The notes under the pieces: generated by a model | The model's database searches: none | What the model saw: only the letters and a program-made list of their open reading frames with translations | Told to the model about the DNA's origin: nothing | Program-made: the position numbers and the translations under genes | Shown here: positions 23,632-36,019 of the stretch, piece after piece | How the letters are laid out: each line of letters begins with the position of its first letter | Position numbering within the stretch: the stretch's first letter is position 1 | Source: Mobula hypostoma | Lineage: Eukaryota | Assembly (NCBI RefSeq): GCF_963921235.1 | Contig: NC_086103.1 | Coordinates: forward strand, 106,888,001-106,952,000 | Direction of reading: 5' to 3' | Length of the DNA: 64,000 bases

Positions 23632-24456
23632 CTCTCATGTTATTCAACCACATTCCCCCCATCATGAGGCTGGCCATCACACAACCTACTACCCATGAAA
23701 CTGTGAAACTGTCCCTCATCTCTACTATAGCTGCTGCAGGGTTGGTGGGAAAGTGCTGATTTTTAGCGTAGGAGCCTACAGACGACCTGGAAGATGAACA
23801 AACATCCATGGTTCTATAAAGAATGCATTCCAGCGAGTCCAAACCCTGTTGCAAGGTTTAGATGTTGTTACTATAAGCAGGCTTCCTGACTGCCCAGCAA
23901 CGCACAAATGCAATACATTGGATTATGTATTGGCACCAAATGTCTTCTGTAGGTTGACTCCACACCACGCCCCCCCCCGCCCCTCCGCCGAGTTCCCAAT
24001 GATAGTGTGTGAGTTTACCCTCCGCCAGGTGGCATCTTGACCAGTCTTAAATTGCGGTGCTCCTGCAGACCACTCATACCCAGTACTTCAACACAAGCAG
24101 GTCCAGTCTGTAAATTATGTACGTTTGTAGATGGTCAGTATGACAGAGGCAACCAGAAGTTTGAAATCAGGTGAAAGGCTCACTCTCCTGTTGCTCCTTC
24201 TTCTCTGTCTAACCAGATTGCAGCTCTAGACCATCGGACAAGAGAAGGACACAGAGTCTAGAGTTCTAGTCAGGGAAAGAGTATACATTGGAGGAGTTTG
24301 AGGGAAAGTATTGGCATGGAAAGTAGCAGGTGCCTCTTCCTGCCGTCAGCCGTTTATAAATAAGATGTGGGTGCAGATGGATGGGTTGGTGAGATGTGAA
24401 AAATGAGGATTCCCTGCCACTTAGTGATGATGACAAGCTCTATCTCTTCTAAAGTG

Positions 24457-25243
24457 ATTAGAATCAGAGCAACGTTTGTTATCACCGACATACATCATGA
24501 AATTTATTATTTTACAGTACAATACATAAAATACACAGTCCTATAAATTACAAGAGGAAATATATATAAATAATAACTGAGTAACACAAAAAGAGAGCAA
24601 AAATAGTGGGTTCATTGTCCATGCAAAATTTGTGGAAGGAAAGAAGCTGTTCATAAAATATTGTGTCTGCACGATCCTGTACCTCCTCTCTGATGGCGGT
24701 AATGAGAAAATGGCATGTATGGATGGTGGGAGTCTTTAATGATGGATGCCACCTTTTTGAGGCATTGTTTTTTAAAGATGTCCTCAATGATGGGGAGGCT
24801 AGTGCCAATGATGGAGCTGGCTGAGTTTACAAACCTTTACAGCTTTTTCTGATCCTGTGCGGTGGCCTTTCCAGACCAGACAGTGATGCATCCAGTTAGA
24901 ATGCTCTCCACACAAAATGCTGGAGGAAAACAGGCCAGGCAGCATCTATGGAAAAAAGGTACAGTTGACGCTTCATGCCGAAACATCAACTGTACTTTTT
25001 TCCATAGGTGCTGTCTGGCCTGCAGAGTTCCTCCAACATTTTGTGTAGGTTGCTTTAGATTTCCAAAATCTGCAGATTTTCTCCTGCTTGTGTCACCCTG
25101 CTCACATAAGGACTGGGGTGTGTTCCCTTGACTTTCACTTCCTGAAGTCCACAAAGAATTCCTTTGTTTTACTGACATTGAGGGCAAGGTTGATGTTGTG
25201 ACACCACTCAACCAGCTGATCTCCTTCCTGTATGCCTCCTCAT
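24457..25243 (-). mobile_element. Rex/Babar-type LINE fragment interrupted by a Penelope palindrome
   Basis: ESILTGCITVW; EEAYRKE..NNLALNVSKTKE-like remnants; ctgattcta tail. Confidence 0.85.
24908..25090. mobile_element. Penelope termini in inverted (fold-back) arrangement
   Basis: acacaaaatgctggagg..gtacagttgacg is reverse-complemented by catcaactgtac..ccaacattttgtgt. Confidence 0.85.
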
Positions 25244-25419
25244 GTGATGTAGGCACTGCTGCCCACTTCTACTGAGCTGCTGTTGCCTCAGCTTTTATGT
25301 ATAAACATTTAGTACTATTACAAAAAAGAGAAGAGTTATTTTATAATGCTTTTGAGATCTAGACATCCTAAACAACATAAATAAAGTAACACTATTCTCT
25401 TTGATGGTGGAAGAGAAGA

Positions 25420-25715
25420 TTACATATTGCCTATTCCTAACTGCCCTTCAGAAGGTGGTGGTGTGGATTGGGAATTACATGCAGGTCGAAACAGATAAGT
25501 ATGGCAAATGCCTTCTCCTAAGGGATATTAGTGAACCAGATGTGTTCCTCTGATCATCTGTTAATTTCATGTTCACTATAACTGATATTAGTTTTGTATT
25601 TCACTCTTATTTCATTAACCGGATTTAAATTCCCCAGCTCCCATGCAGGTAATTGAACTTATTTCTCTGGATCATTAGCCCAGATATTAGTGTTAGTCAT
25701 CCAGGAAGATCACCA
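25420..25715 (-). mobile_element. LF-SINE-like ancient SINE
   Basis: Minus strand catctggttcactaatatcccttaggagaaggcatttgcc and gggcagttaggaataggcaat match the remembered LF-SINE body and tail. Confidence 0.65.
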
Positions 25716-26094
25716 TCTTGTGAAAGTGTTTCGGTATTGTGTCTGCAAGTTTATAAAGCTTAGGGTCGTCACAAACCACAGGACCTGGTTGTGAGGCTCA
25801 CAGCAGTGCTAGGCACATGAGGATGAGGTGAACTTGGGGATGTTGGGTGTGAGTCTCATTTGTTAAGAACTTTGATAGATGATTGATAGGGTTGTGGTAC
25901 ATTAAGAATTATCTGAGGCAATTGATGACAGCCTGTAGGATGTGGGACCTGAAGGTGCATTCACTGACCTTGACCTCATATGATGTTCTTGAACAACTCT
26001 TCTACCACTGCCACCAGATGTCATGATGTTTGACATATAATTGACATGGCTATCTGCTATCTCTACCTTCGGAAGCAGAGAATCTTAAAAACAT

Positions 26095-26945
26095 TATGAC
26101 ATAGGAAGCTATGTGGTCCATTGAATCTATGTCAAGCAAACCAAACATTCAGTCCCTTTCCAGATATTTCTCTGCATAACCGTGAGGTACTTTTCCACAA
26201 GGAGTTACCTCATTCTTTTTGAAATTAGTCCCCTCAAATGTGAGATCTAGGTCAGAGTTGTCCTCACACTTCCCACACATCTTTTGCCCATCAATTTAAA
26301 CGTGCCCCTGAACAGTTTAGAACACAGAACAATACAGCACAATGTAAGCCCTTTGGCCCATAACGTTGTGCCAGACACTTCTTTCTATTTATGCAACTAA
26401 ATCTTTCAAGATCCAGTACACTTATATCAAAGCTTTTCTCAGACCTCCTTGCTCTAAGGCAAGGGTTCCAAACCTGAGAGCCATGAACCCCTTGCTTAAT
26501 GACATGAGTCCATGGCATAAAAAGGGTTGGGAACACCTGCTCTAAGGAGAACAACTCCATCCTCTCCAGTCTTGCCCTGCAACTGAAATCCCTCCTCTTG
26601 AAATCACACTAGTAAATCTGCTCTGCATCCTCTATAGGGCTACTTTGCTTGCGTGCAGTGTCTAAAACTGGATGTAACGTGGCAGTCATGGTCTAGCCGG
26701 TGTTTAATAAAGGTTCAGCACAATCTTCCTGCTTTGTAGCTTATGTCTTTATTTAAGGAGTTCAAGACCCCATATGCTTCACTACCCACCCTCTCTACAA
26801 GTCCTGCCATTCTCAAAGATTTACATCCTTTTACAGCCGGATCTCTCTGTTACTGGAGCAGCCTTTCAAATTGTGAAATTCAGTCTACATTATCATTCTT
26901 TGTTCTTTGTACCAGATGATTCATTTCACTTTCCTCTATTATGTA
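26095..26945 (-). mobile_element. Old CR1 fragments
   Basis: Degenerate CR1 ORF2 end (gtaaatctgctctgcatcctct, tctaaaactggatg). Confidence 0.6.
26460..26539. mobile_element. 80-bp hAT-type MITE
   Basis: TIRs caagggttccaaacc / ggttgggaacacctg; perfect 8-bp TSD ctctaagg (26452-26459, 26540-26547). Confidence 0.9.
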
Positions 26946-26949
26946 AGCG

Positions 26950-27110
26950 AATAGCATGGTGCTAAGGTTACAGGCCAAGTATCCAAAGACCTGCATTACT
27001 CATCCAGAATTATAAGTTTGAGTCTCATGTTTGGACGATGAAGAATTTAAATGTAGGCAAGTAAATAAATAGGGGTTAGAAATCTAATATTATTGCTGTG
27101 TTTATCACAT
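26950..27110 (+). mobile_element. LF-SINE-like 5' fragment
   Basis: Degenerate head similar to the reverse complement of 25600-25715. Confidence 0.45.
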
Positions 27111-28872
27111 TTTCTACTATCATACTAGGCCACATCAATGTGCATATGCATCAGGAAACACGTGGGAAATACACACTTACTGGTTTACTTTTTGCCCATA
27201 AATTCTGTAAGAGTGAATTTTATTCTACAATGCGAAATTCTGTGTCACAGTTCATGAATTTTTAGGGCAAATTTGTTACTTAAACGGATTTCCCATGTCA
27301 ACTAAAGGAGTATTTCCAGAACGAACCTCTGTCATTTATTTTACTGCTCAGCTCTACCATGAAATCCTCTGAATCTTATTGAGGTATACAATCATCTACT
27401 AAAGAGGCAACACATGCAGTTGCCTGATCATTCAACCTTGGCGGAGAAGAGAATACAAAATAGTGACAGGGGTTATATTGGCTAGCTTTTGAAATGAAGT
27501 ACCTATATTAACTCTCCTCCAATGAAAAAGACAGTTATCCAAATCTCTGGTTTTCTGTCATCTTCCACTAGTCCTGTTTTTCCATGGGCTTCTGCTTCTT
27601 TAACTAACCCTTTACATGTCTGAAAGTCCTCAATATCACATGAAAATAAGAATTCCAGCCTCCTTGTGACCTGGTCAAAACCTTTCATACGCCATTGTTC
27701 TCTGCTTTGCTCTGCTGGCAGTCCCTTTCCCTACCACAATGTGTTTCCCTCTTAAGAATTATATGCAGGCTTTAAGAAGTACAGGCTAGCTTCAACAGGT
27801 GTTAGCTGATCTTACACTGGTCCCTACTGCAGTGTGTAGACAATCAACAGCATATCAGTCCTGTACTACACATAGAACAGGAAGCAACAGGTTAGTCCTG
27901 AATCCTAATCAAATGTGCCCATTTGGAAGCTGTCTACTTACACCTAGTCAGCCTCTCATATCCTTTTCTGCTCCACAGTTGAGTTTACAAGAATCTGATA
28001 GCATTATTTCTTCAACTAATGGAATAATGTATGTACATCAAGAATGAACACAAAACAGTTTGTGGGAGACCTGGAGAAAGCAGAGCAACAAAATAAGTGC
28101 AGGGCACATTTGAAGTAACATGAAAAGAAAGCAATGCTGTCTGGTTAGGGCACAGCAGAAAGGCTGAATAATGAGACCCATCCGCACCTGCATCCTGTCT
28201 GATGTAATTGATCTATCCTGTGGCAAAAAGCTGAATTCAGTGCTTCATTGAGTGGTACAGGGCAGCTTCTGGATCTTTATCTGTCTCTTGTTTAGGCCTA
28301 GAAGCTCTCTGTGATGCAAACGTAACAGACAGGAGAGGGAGAGCATTGCAATTGATTGAAAGCTCATGCATGTTCATGTGGTCCAAAAGGCAGTCTTCAG
28401 TGTTATTTACTTTCTAGTGAGTGTTAGCATTCTCAGGCCAGCCTCTCTTTCACATCGAGGTAGCTGAATCTGTTAAAATGGTACATGATCTTCTAGATCA
28501 GGGGTGTCATGGAGTCTTACCATTAACCAAGGGGCGTGTGGATCCCAGGATGGGAACCCATCTGCTAGACCCTCTACATTTCTGGAGCTTGCTTGCTTCT
28601 AACTCCATATTCCACTCTGGATAAACAAGCTGAGATGACATATTCACCTGTTGCTTTTGTTCTACAGAGACCTGCTGTTGATTTAAAGGACCAATCCATT
28701 CCAATAACTCTGTGACCCAGCTGTGTGAGTGCAGAACCTCAACCTCTGTCACAATGTAGTCAGTCATTCAGAAGTACATGAAGTAAATCATGAATAAAAG
28801 CTCTCCTCAGTTTTGTTTCAGTTCTGCTGAAAAATAAGCAGAGGTGCTCACTGGGCTGAAACCAAGAAATGG

Positions 28873-29135
28873 TCACCTGGTGCAGTGACACAACCCACCT
28901 CCCGGAGTGTAATAGCTGTGATACTGATCACCTACTTTCTTAATCTCTTCGGTAGCTTGTCGGATGTGATTTGCCAAGTTATTGTCTGATTTATCAGATG
29001 TATAAGTCCAGCATTCTTGCCCTAACAAGGCACAAGTGTCCCCTTTTTCAGATAGAACAAAATCTAGAGTCATTCTGTTCTGTAATGCTACTGTACAAAG
29101 AGCCACCAGTTCTGCCGACAACTTTTGTAAATGCT
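28873..29135 (-). pseudogene. env: Retroviral env TM ectodomain remnant
   Basis: VALQNRMTLDFVLSEKGDTCALLGQECWTY contains the immunosuppressive domain and a decayed CX6CC motif. Confidence 0.92.
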
Positions 29136-29519
29136 TGTTGGGTTTGATCAAAGGAAATTTGTCAGTTCCATACATCTACCTATACTGCTCCCCAGAAAAG
29201 GGCCCCTGCCCTTCCAGTTCTAGTGACATGTTACCTGATCAATGCCCTCGACTAATTACCTTCCATAAAAGCACTTGTAATAGCAATCAATATCTACCTA
29301 ATGAGCATTCACGGCTTTCAGTTCAGCTCTGCTCATCCCCGAGTGATTCCTGAACGTGTACACTGAACCCCATTCACTGGAATTAAAGGAAAATGTCTAT
29401 AGCAGGATTCCTCCTTCACTGTCAAAGGCCCAGCAGCACCAGTTCAAGCAGGGTGTTTGGTGCAGTGTTGAAGGGGACTTATGTTTTTATTGGCTTGAAA
29501 GGCTTTTTACGGAACAAGG

Positions 29520-30400
29520 CGTGTATTAGTGATGATTTCTCTCTTACCTTGAAAGCTGTATTAGTCACCAACAGTACATGGAATGGTCCTTTGAACTGAG
29601 GTGCAAACAATCCTTCCTCTTAAAAGTCTGGACAACCACAGAGTCTCCAGGTTCAATGTCATGACACAGTGTCAGCCATCAGCTTTTGTGGTTCCTACAC
29701 CTGTTGATGATACCTTGGTGATGCTTTTTGTCCAGCATGCACAATAGGCCAACGTGTTTTCATCCAGATTATGTCTATTTGCTTAACTCTTAATGGTGCA
29801 TCAAATAGCAGATAATGGCTGCCCCATTCTGATTTTTGTGGAAGACTATCCAGTAGTCCCATTGGCTGTGGCTCTCATGCTCATAAGAACCAAAGTTAAT
29901 ACTTGTTTCTATCTCAGTCCAGTTTCCTCACACATTTCACCAAGCTTGTACACTCGTTCTATTCATCCTTAAAACTAAGCCTGCTGACTGAGGATGGTAG
30001 CTACAACAGAAATGTGGGTCAGTCTGTAAGGCCTTATATACTACTATTGTTACCTTCCCAGTAAAGTGGGGACCATTTTTGCTAGTCAGTTTTCAAGGGA
30101 TTCCAAACCTTGGAATGTTTTTTTTTCAATAAGTATTTAGCTACTCTAACTGCATCATTCTTTCAACAAGGAAATGCTTCAACCCATTGTGAAAAATCAT
30201 CAATAATGGCCAATGCATATTTATATCCTTCAAAGAGAGGTAATTTTATAAAAATCCATCCACCCATGTATGAACAGTCCACTAGAGGATGGAGTAGGCG
30301 ATCTTTCCACCTTCACCAGTTTCTCTGGATTTTGTAAAGTAGGTATCATACATAATTCACAGCTTGCAATAAACCAGGGGCATACCATGTTTGATTTATA
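29520..30400 (-). pseudogene. pol: Retroviral integrase remnant
   Basis: MDF.KLP..GYKYALAIIDDFSQWVEAFPC; IPRFGIP..SKNGPHF; CSYHPQSAG; C-terminal PQFKGPFHVLLVTNTAFKV. Confidence 0.92.
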
Positions 30401-31085
30401 TGACCTACTAATCCCTACCTCAGCCTTTGGGGAAAGAGAGTTCTGTGCTCTACAGGACAGTAGAGCATTTGGGTTGATAGTCACTTTATGCGGCTCAGTT
30501 GTGAGCATCATACACATTTCTTTTGACTGGAGGGCCAAAAGTCGCAGTGATTAAAGATTAATCACTGATTGCAGTGATTAATCTCCTTCCAATTGCCACC
30601 CAGTCTTTTCCAGGACCTTCTGTTGTAGCAGTCCTCACAGACCCTTGACCATTGGTTCAAGGTCCTCTGCTGCTTTACCTATGGAAACTGCTAGAGTTAG
30701 GTGGGGTTCCCTGACTCCTTGTTCTCCTAATCTTGTATTGTCCACCGAACCTCATGGGGAAAGCACTAACACTGTAATACTAGAATCACTTACATATATT
30801 TCAGAAGTGTATAGAACAATTTCCTTACTGATATAGAGGTTGAATTTCTGCTGCATAAAATGATAATTTCCAGCTGAGTCACAATGGGTCATACAGAGAA
30901 AATAACAGTGCCACTTACCAAGTTGTAGGTCTGAACAGAATCTGGAGAAATCTCCAGAGGATTTCAAGGCACTCTTGTAAAAATGTTTCAAACTTCTTGA
31001 TAAGCAGGTAGTGAGTAACTGCCACTTATACAAAATAGATTGGCTATCACTGAAATAGTAAAGTTCAGAATACAATTTGTTGCAC

Positions 31086-31811
31086 TGTTACATGTCTGAA
31101 GGAGATCTGTGATTTTTTTTGTGAGAATGATGTAATGGTCTTTTGGAGGTCACCTGATGTAATTTTCCCACCGATGTGAGGTCATGTGATGACATGTGCA
31201 CCATGGGTACATAAGGGTAGACCCCAGATGACGCAGTTAGTTTTTAGTTTTTAGATTTCCAGCTAGAACGTACTGTGTCTCCGTTTCTGTTGCATATTTG
31301 TTTTTATGACGCAGTTTCATTTTTTAAATGGTTGTTATGTTCTATTGCATGAATAATATTGCTGGACTGAAATTTTTGCTAGATATGTTGATGTACCTTA
31401 TTCTAGCAGTAGAAAGGAGAATGAAGACTTTATTGAAGTACAGGACCTGAAGGATTGAGAGGAGTCGGTATTGTTCGGATCGACCTTATTGAGTCTTCGT
31501 TGAAGGAGTAGTGACCTGCATCGAAGATAACTCTTACCAAACTCTTGCCAATTGAACGTATAAATCTGTTGGACTTTCGAATTTACCATGTTATGAACTA
31601 TATCTGACTTTACCGCTTTAAGAACTGCTTTTGCATTTAACGCTTTAAGAACCAGTGCCGAGTGACGATTTGTTGAATGGCTGCATAGCGGTTAACTTCC
31701 GGTTAAGGTTTTCGTTTGATTTTTTTTATTGCTTATCTGTGTTTAATAAATGTTTGGTTGTTTTTATATAACCTGTCTCGATTGATATTCATTGTTGCCA
31801 GTTATGTAACA
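31086..31811 (+). mobile_element. Solo LTR inserted into the ERV
   Basis: Terminal inverted repeats tgttacat/atgtaaca; AATAAA near 31745; 4-bp TSD gcac/acac with 1 mismatch. Confidence 0.8.
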
Positions 31812-33005
31812 ACACACATTCAGTTCCTCAGATGTGCAGGTAACAGTAGCTCGCATTTTACCCGATAAATTTCTTCCAGATTCAGTAAGTTTACGGGTAC
31901 AGGATCCTGCTATCCTGTCCTACCCTCTACTGGATCTGATTTTGGAATATTAATAGGCTGACCTCTGTGTGGGAAAGGCAGAATGCAATTCTGGCCAAAG
32001 ACCATTTGCAATAGTACTAATTCTAGGTCCCATTGCCTATGTTTTTGGCAGTCCTGAATATTGTTCCACTTTTTGTGCTTTCTATAAATATTCTTCTACA
32101 GATTCACCTCTACCTTGTATTTTCATAATCTTAGATCAATTAACTTTATTAGGAAAGGCAACATGTATTTCATCATACATATTTTTATAAAAATCTTCAT
32201 TTGATGTGATGGCAGGTCCTGACCTGGCACTGTCATGGTGTTCTTAAAAGCCCTGAAATTTAATCTCATAAAATTCAAACTTGGTGCCCAACCATGCCCT
32301 CACTAAAGTTTCCAAATCCATAATGCTTGGTTCTTGACACAAAACAAGCTTCTGAATAGCTTTTTCCAAACCTCTGTCCAAGTCGGGCAGTTCTTATCCC
32401 ATGGACGTAAGTCTCCTGCCATCCAAGTTTGATGTACACCTTTTGGTTCCCCATCCATAATTCTCCTCCCCATCTATTCCCATTATTGTTAAATATATAC
32501 CGTGCTCGAGTTCCTTTATTTGTGACAGGAAAGGACTCCACTTGTCTCATTATTACCCATTACTAGTGTATCTTCCTCACCCCCCTTACCATATTTTCTC
32601 TTTCTCTTGTTCACTACAGTGTCCTGTAGAGACTACACTCATGAGCTCAGTTTTCATAAGTCCTACGCTTATTCTTTTTACCAATGCATCACTGACAGCA
32701 GAAGTGTCCCTGACACTCTTACCATTCATATTTAGTCATTGATAGCCATTCACTTCTGGTTGCCATGCGTAAAACATCAGAATCACGTACAGAGAAACTA
32801 ATGCACTTAATAGACCATAGCACAGATCGTAGTGTATATAACGGGAGTGTGCCAGAACCCAATATTTGTTACTCGCCTGGAAAGGCCAAACAAAGTACGA
32901 AGCAAGCTTACTTTTTGGTGATCACTCCTCTGCTGGTGTTTCCCCGGGAACAAGCAGTTATGAGAATCCCTGTTGGTTCACTGCCACACCTAAACATGCA
33001 ATCTC

Positions 33006-33392
33006 AGTGGAATTTCCAAGATCTTTCGAGCACCTTTCATTACATCTTATAACAGAACAACAATTAACTCAGAGTGGATCGATCACATGCACGTTTATTT
33101 TACTTGCTGTAAAGGAAGGCTAGCACCACACAAGAGCCAGTGAATACTTCGAAAAAACAGACAGCGTAGTAATTCATTTATACACCACTGTTAGCTACCC
33201 ACATTTCAGTACAAGGGAAAGGTGCTTCTGCTTAATCAGTGTATTAGGCATTCTTCCAGTAATACAACTGCTGTCTGCATTGGCATGATGTTACACAAAC
33301 ACTATTAGCAAAGCACTCTAGTTCAATACAGGTTCCATTTTGTTACAGACAAAAATACCACTATGTTACTACAAGTAAAATACATTTCCACA
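33006..33392 (-). repeat. Probable 5' LTR of the ERV
   Basis: Minus strand tgtggaaat...aattccact with tataaat followed by aataaa; flanks do not form a TSD. Confidence 0.6.
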
Positions 33393-34399
33393 CTAGGCAT
33401 AAGTGAGAGATTAGATAATTAGTGAGGGTTGTTTGGAGGGGGTTGGGGTATAGGAAGCAAATTAATGAGCAGGGAGGATGAGAGGGAAGAAGTTACAGGG
33501 AAATAAATGAAGAATTGAGCTGGTTGGGTTTGTTCTGAGAGCTGACGTAGACCCAATCAGCCAAATGTTCATTATATATTCTAAGGAAAAATTTAAAAAA
33601 AGATGACGGATGAGTAGAGCAAGCCCCATCCATCCCAGTCATAATGTCTTCCTACATTGATGAACATTGCTAAGCACCCATAATTCAGAGTTTTTTCTGT
33701 AGAACAGGTAAATTACCACTTCCATTGGAAGAATTGTATTTCATTTCAAAATCAAGTTTTATACCTGATCTTTGTTGTTCTGCTCTACTTGAAGATATTT
33801 GTCTTTACCGTGGGTGTCAAGAACAGACTTAAGTTTGCACAGGCAGCAAAACAACTTAAATTTCAATAGAGCTTAACTTTCACTGTAACATTTTCCAAAG
33901 TTGCTGCTATTATTACATGTAGAAGTACAATAATCACATTAAAATAAATGCTGATGTTTCCACTGACCTCATTTCAAAGCTCACATTGAGCATCAGCATT
34001 TATTGTGAAGGATTATTGACACTCATAGCATGCAGAAACTTGCTGGTCACAGCTATTCAGAGCAAGCTTATACTTGTAATTTCCAAATAGCTTAATAACT
34101 TCAAAATTATTCGCTAAATAAATGAAACTAAAATTAGAAATTCCTTTCATTCTCTGAGATATTATTGATGTATATTGAACCAACACACATAGCAAGGAGT
34201 GAGTTTCACACGTCTTTCAATAGCACAAACATGTGAGAGTGAATATTAAACATAACTCTTGCATTTTAATTATTTTCTTTAAAATTATTTAGCTGTTCTT
34301 CAAAATAATTCAAATAAAATGATGGCCAGAATGTTACACTGTGGACAGTAGTGGATTACTGTCCACTAAGAGGACCGGGTTGGGACAACAGAGACTTTT

Positions 34400-34870
34400 G
34401 AAGAAGAGGAGTTCGGTGGGTAATACTGTTCCGCCTGACTGGAAGTCTACCGAGAGCGGTAAGCGGCGTGAAGGAGTGGGGTGCTTACTCATCTGGCTAA
34501 CAACAGATGGTGCAATCCGGGGTATATTACGATCGAGGAACATGTTTGCAGACTGGATATTGAACTTTTTACTATTGGACTTCGGCTACATTCCACCGTG
34601 ATACAACACTTGACAGCACGGGAGGTCGTTCCTGCCTGTGGCCATCGATCGTGCAGCTCCTCCCATGGAGGGTCAGACACCCTGTGCCAATAGACTGGTC
34701 CTGGACTTATTTTCCATCGGCATAGTTTTGCATTTTGTTGTTGGATTGTTGGGGTTTTTTGTATTGCTATATTTACGCTCTGTTCTTGGTTGGTGCAGCT
34801 GTAACGAAACCAAATTTCCCTCGGGATTAATAAAGTATATCTATCTATCTATCTGTCTCTCTATCTATAT
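34400..34870 (+). mobile_element. Internally deleted Rex1-like LINE
   Basis: Endonuclease remnant ESGKRREG..NNRWCNPG joined to a Rex1-type 3' end aatttccctcgggattaataaagta(tcta)n. Confidence 0.75.
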
Positions 34871-35705
34871 GGCTGGGGTATTAAGAGATTGGCATAAGGA
34901 TGGATGTAAGCAGAATCAGGAGTTGGTCTGCCTGCCATTCAATATGATCATGGCTGTTCTGCCCCAGGCTCAACTCTTATGTCAATTCCCCACAGACTTA
35001 AATTTTCTGATCTATCATCCACTTCTTTACATAAATCAAGGGCAGGCAAGGATGAAGTTTGAACTCCATGCTGATGGCTACATAGTGAGCAGGTCACTAC
35101 AAAATCGTCCCTGCTCTCCTTCAGGAGTGACAAGGGACATTTTCCGTCCAGCGAGAGGGCAGAGGATACTGTGCTTCCCATTTCATTTTGAAAAACTGGC
35201 ATCTATACTCAGTACAAGAATCCCTTCAGACTTCATTAAAAAGTCAGACTATTATTTACTCAAGACTATGGAAGGAACAATGATCGTCAGACTTGAAGGT
35301 CAAAATGCTACTTTTGAGCCATCCCTGAAGTTTGAAATACAAAGGCAGCATCAGAATGGGAAAAAACTCTTACGTTAAAAAATTCCACTTGTGACATAAG
35401 CCTGAAGTTTCAGGTTATTTGGTCTGATAGAGCACATCAAGAACTGGTTCCAGCAGTTAACACAACATTTGCAGCCAACACAAGTTGCTCAGGCATAAAC
35501 ACCATTGTGTGAATCAATCAATGTCCAGAGGCCAGAGGTGCAGATATAACATATTTTAATTCGAGAGAAAACAGGAAACAATCAACCTGTTGATCTGATG
35601 CTATGGTAGGGAAAATGCTAGTATCTACACCAAATGATATAACAGAACATATGGAAAAACTGACAAATTGGACAGCCAGCACTTTTTCCCTGGATGTCAA
35701 CGCTC

Positions 35706-35975
35706 AATACCAGAGGACATTAGTTTAAGGGGAGTGAAGGATAGTTTAGGGACACGTCAGAGTTATATCCTTTAAGCAGAGAGTAGTGGTTGACTGGAAC
35801 ACACTGCCAGCTGTGATAATTACGACTGATTCAACAGAGGCATTAACAAGGGTGTAGGATACATGGGAGTTATGCAGGGCGGAAGGGTTAGATTGGTCAT
35901 GGAATCGGTTTATAGAGGTCAGCACAACATCATGGGCTGAAGGACTCATGCTGTGTACTGCTCTGTATTCGATGA
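35706..35975 (+). mobile_element. CR1 3' end, old
   Basis: accagaggacat..cagagagtagtgg..tggaacacactgcc..gggctgaagg. Confidence 0.75.
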
Positions 35976-36019
35976 TACTATGACTGAGCAGAGCTAATAG
36001 GGATTGGTCAAATACCAAA

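Larger units (their letters stand above)
28870..33392 (-). mobile_element. Class I (gamma/epsilon-like) endogenous retrovirus relic, internally deleted
   Basis: Candidate 5' LTR at 33006-33392; weak gag remnant (~31830-32600, IQGRGESVEEYL); clear integrase and env TM remnants in proviral order; no recognisable RT or 3' LTR. Confidence 0.85.

Noticed and set aside
23640-24050. Possible LINE endonuclease relic (ATHKCNTLDYVL)
   Set aside because: One weak motif with no supporting RT sequence.
28421-28767. ORFs downstream of env as ERV accessory genes
   Set aside because: No motif, and no 3' LTR to show they lie within the provirus.
32748-32765. Possible tRNA-Leu PBS of the ERV (tggcaaccagaagtg, minus strand)
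   Set aside because: Partial match only and ~240 bp from the candidate LTR end.
34638-35378. 246-aa ORF
   Set aside because: Chance read-through of a Rex1 3' UTR, a (tcta)n tail, an antisense CR1 end and unique DNA; no domain motif.
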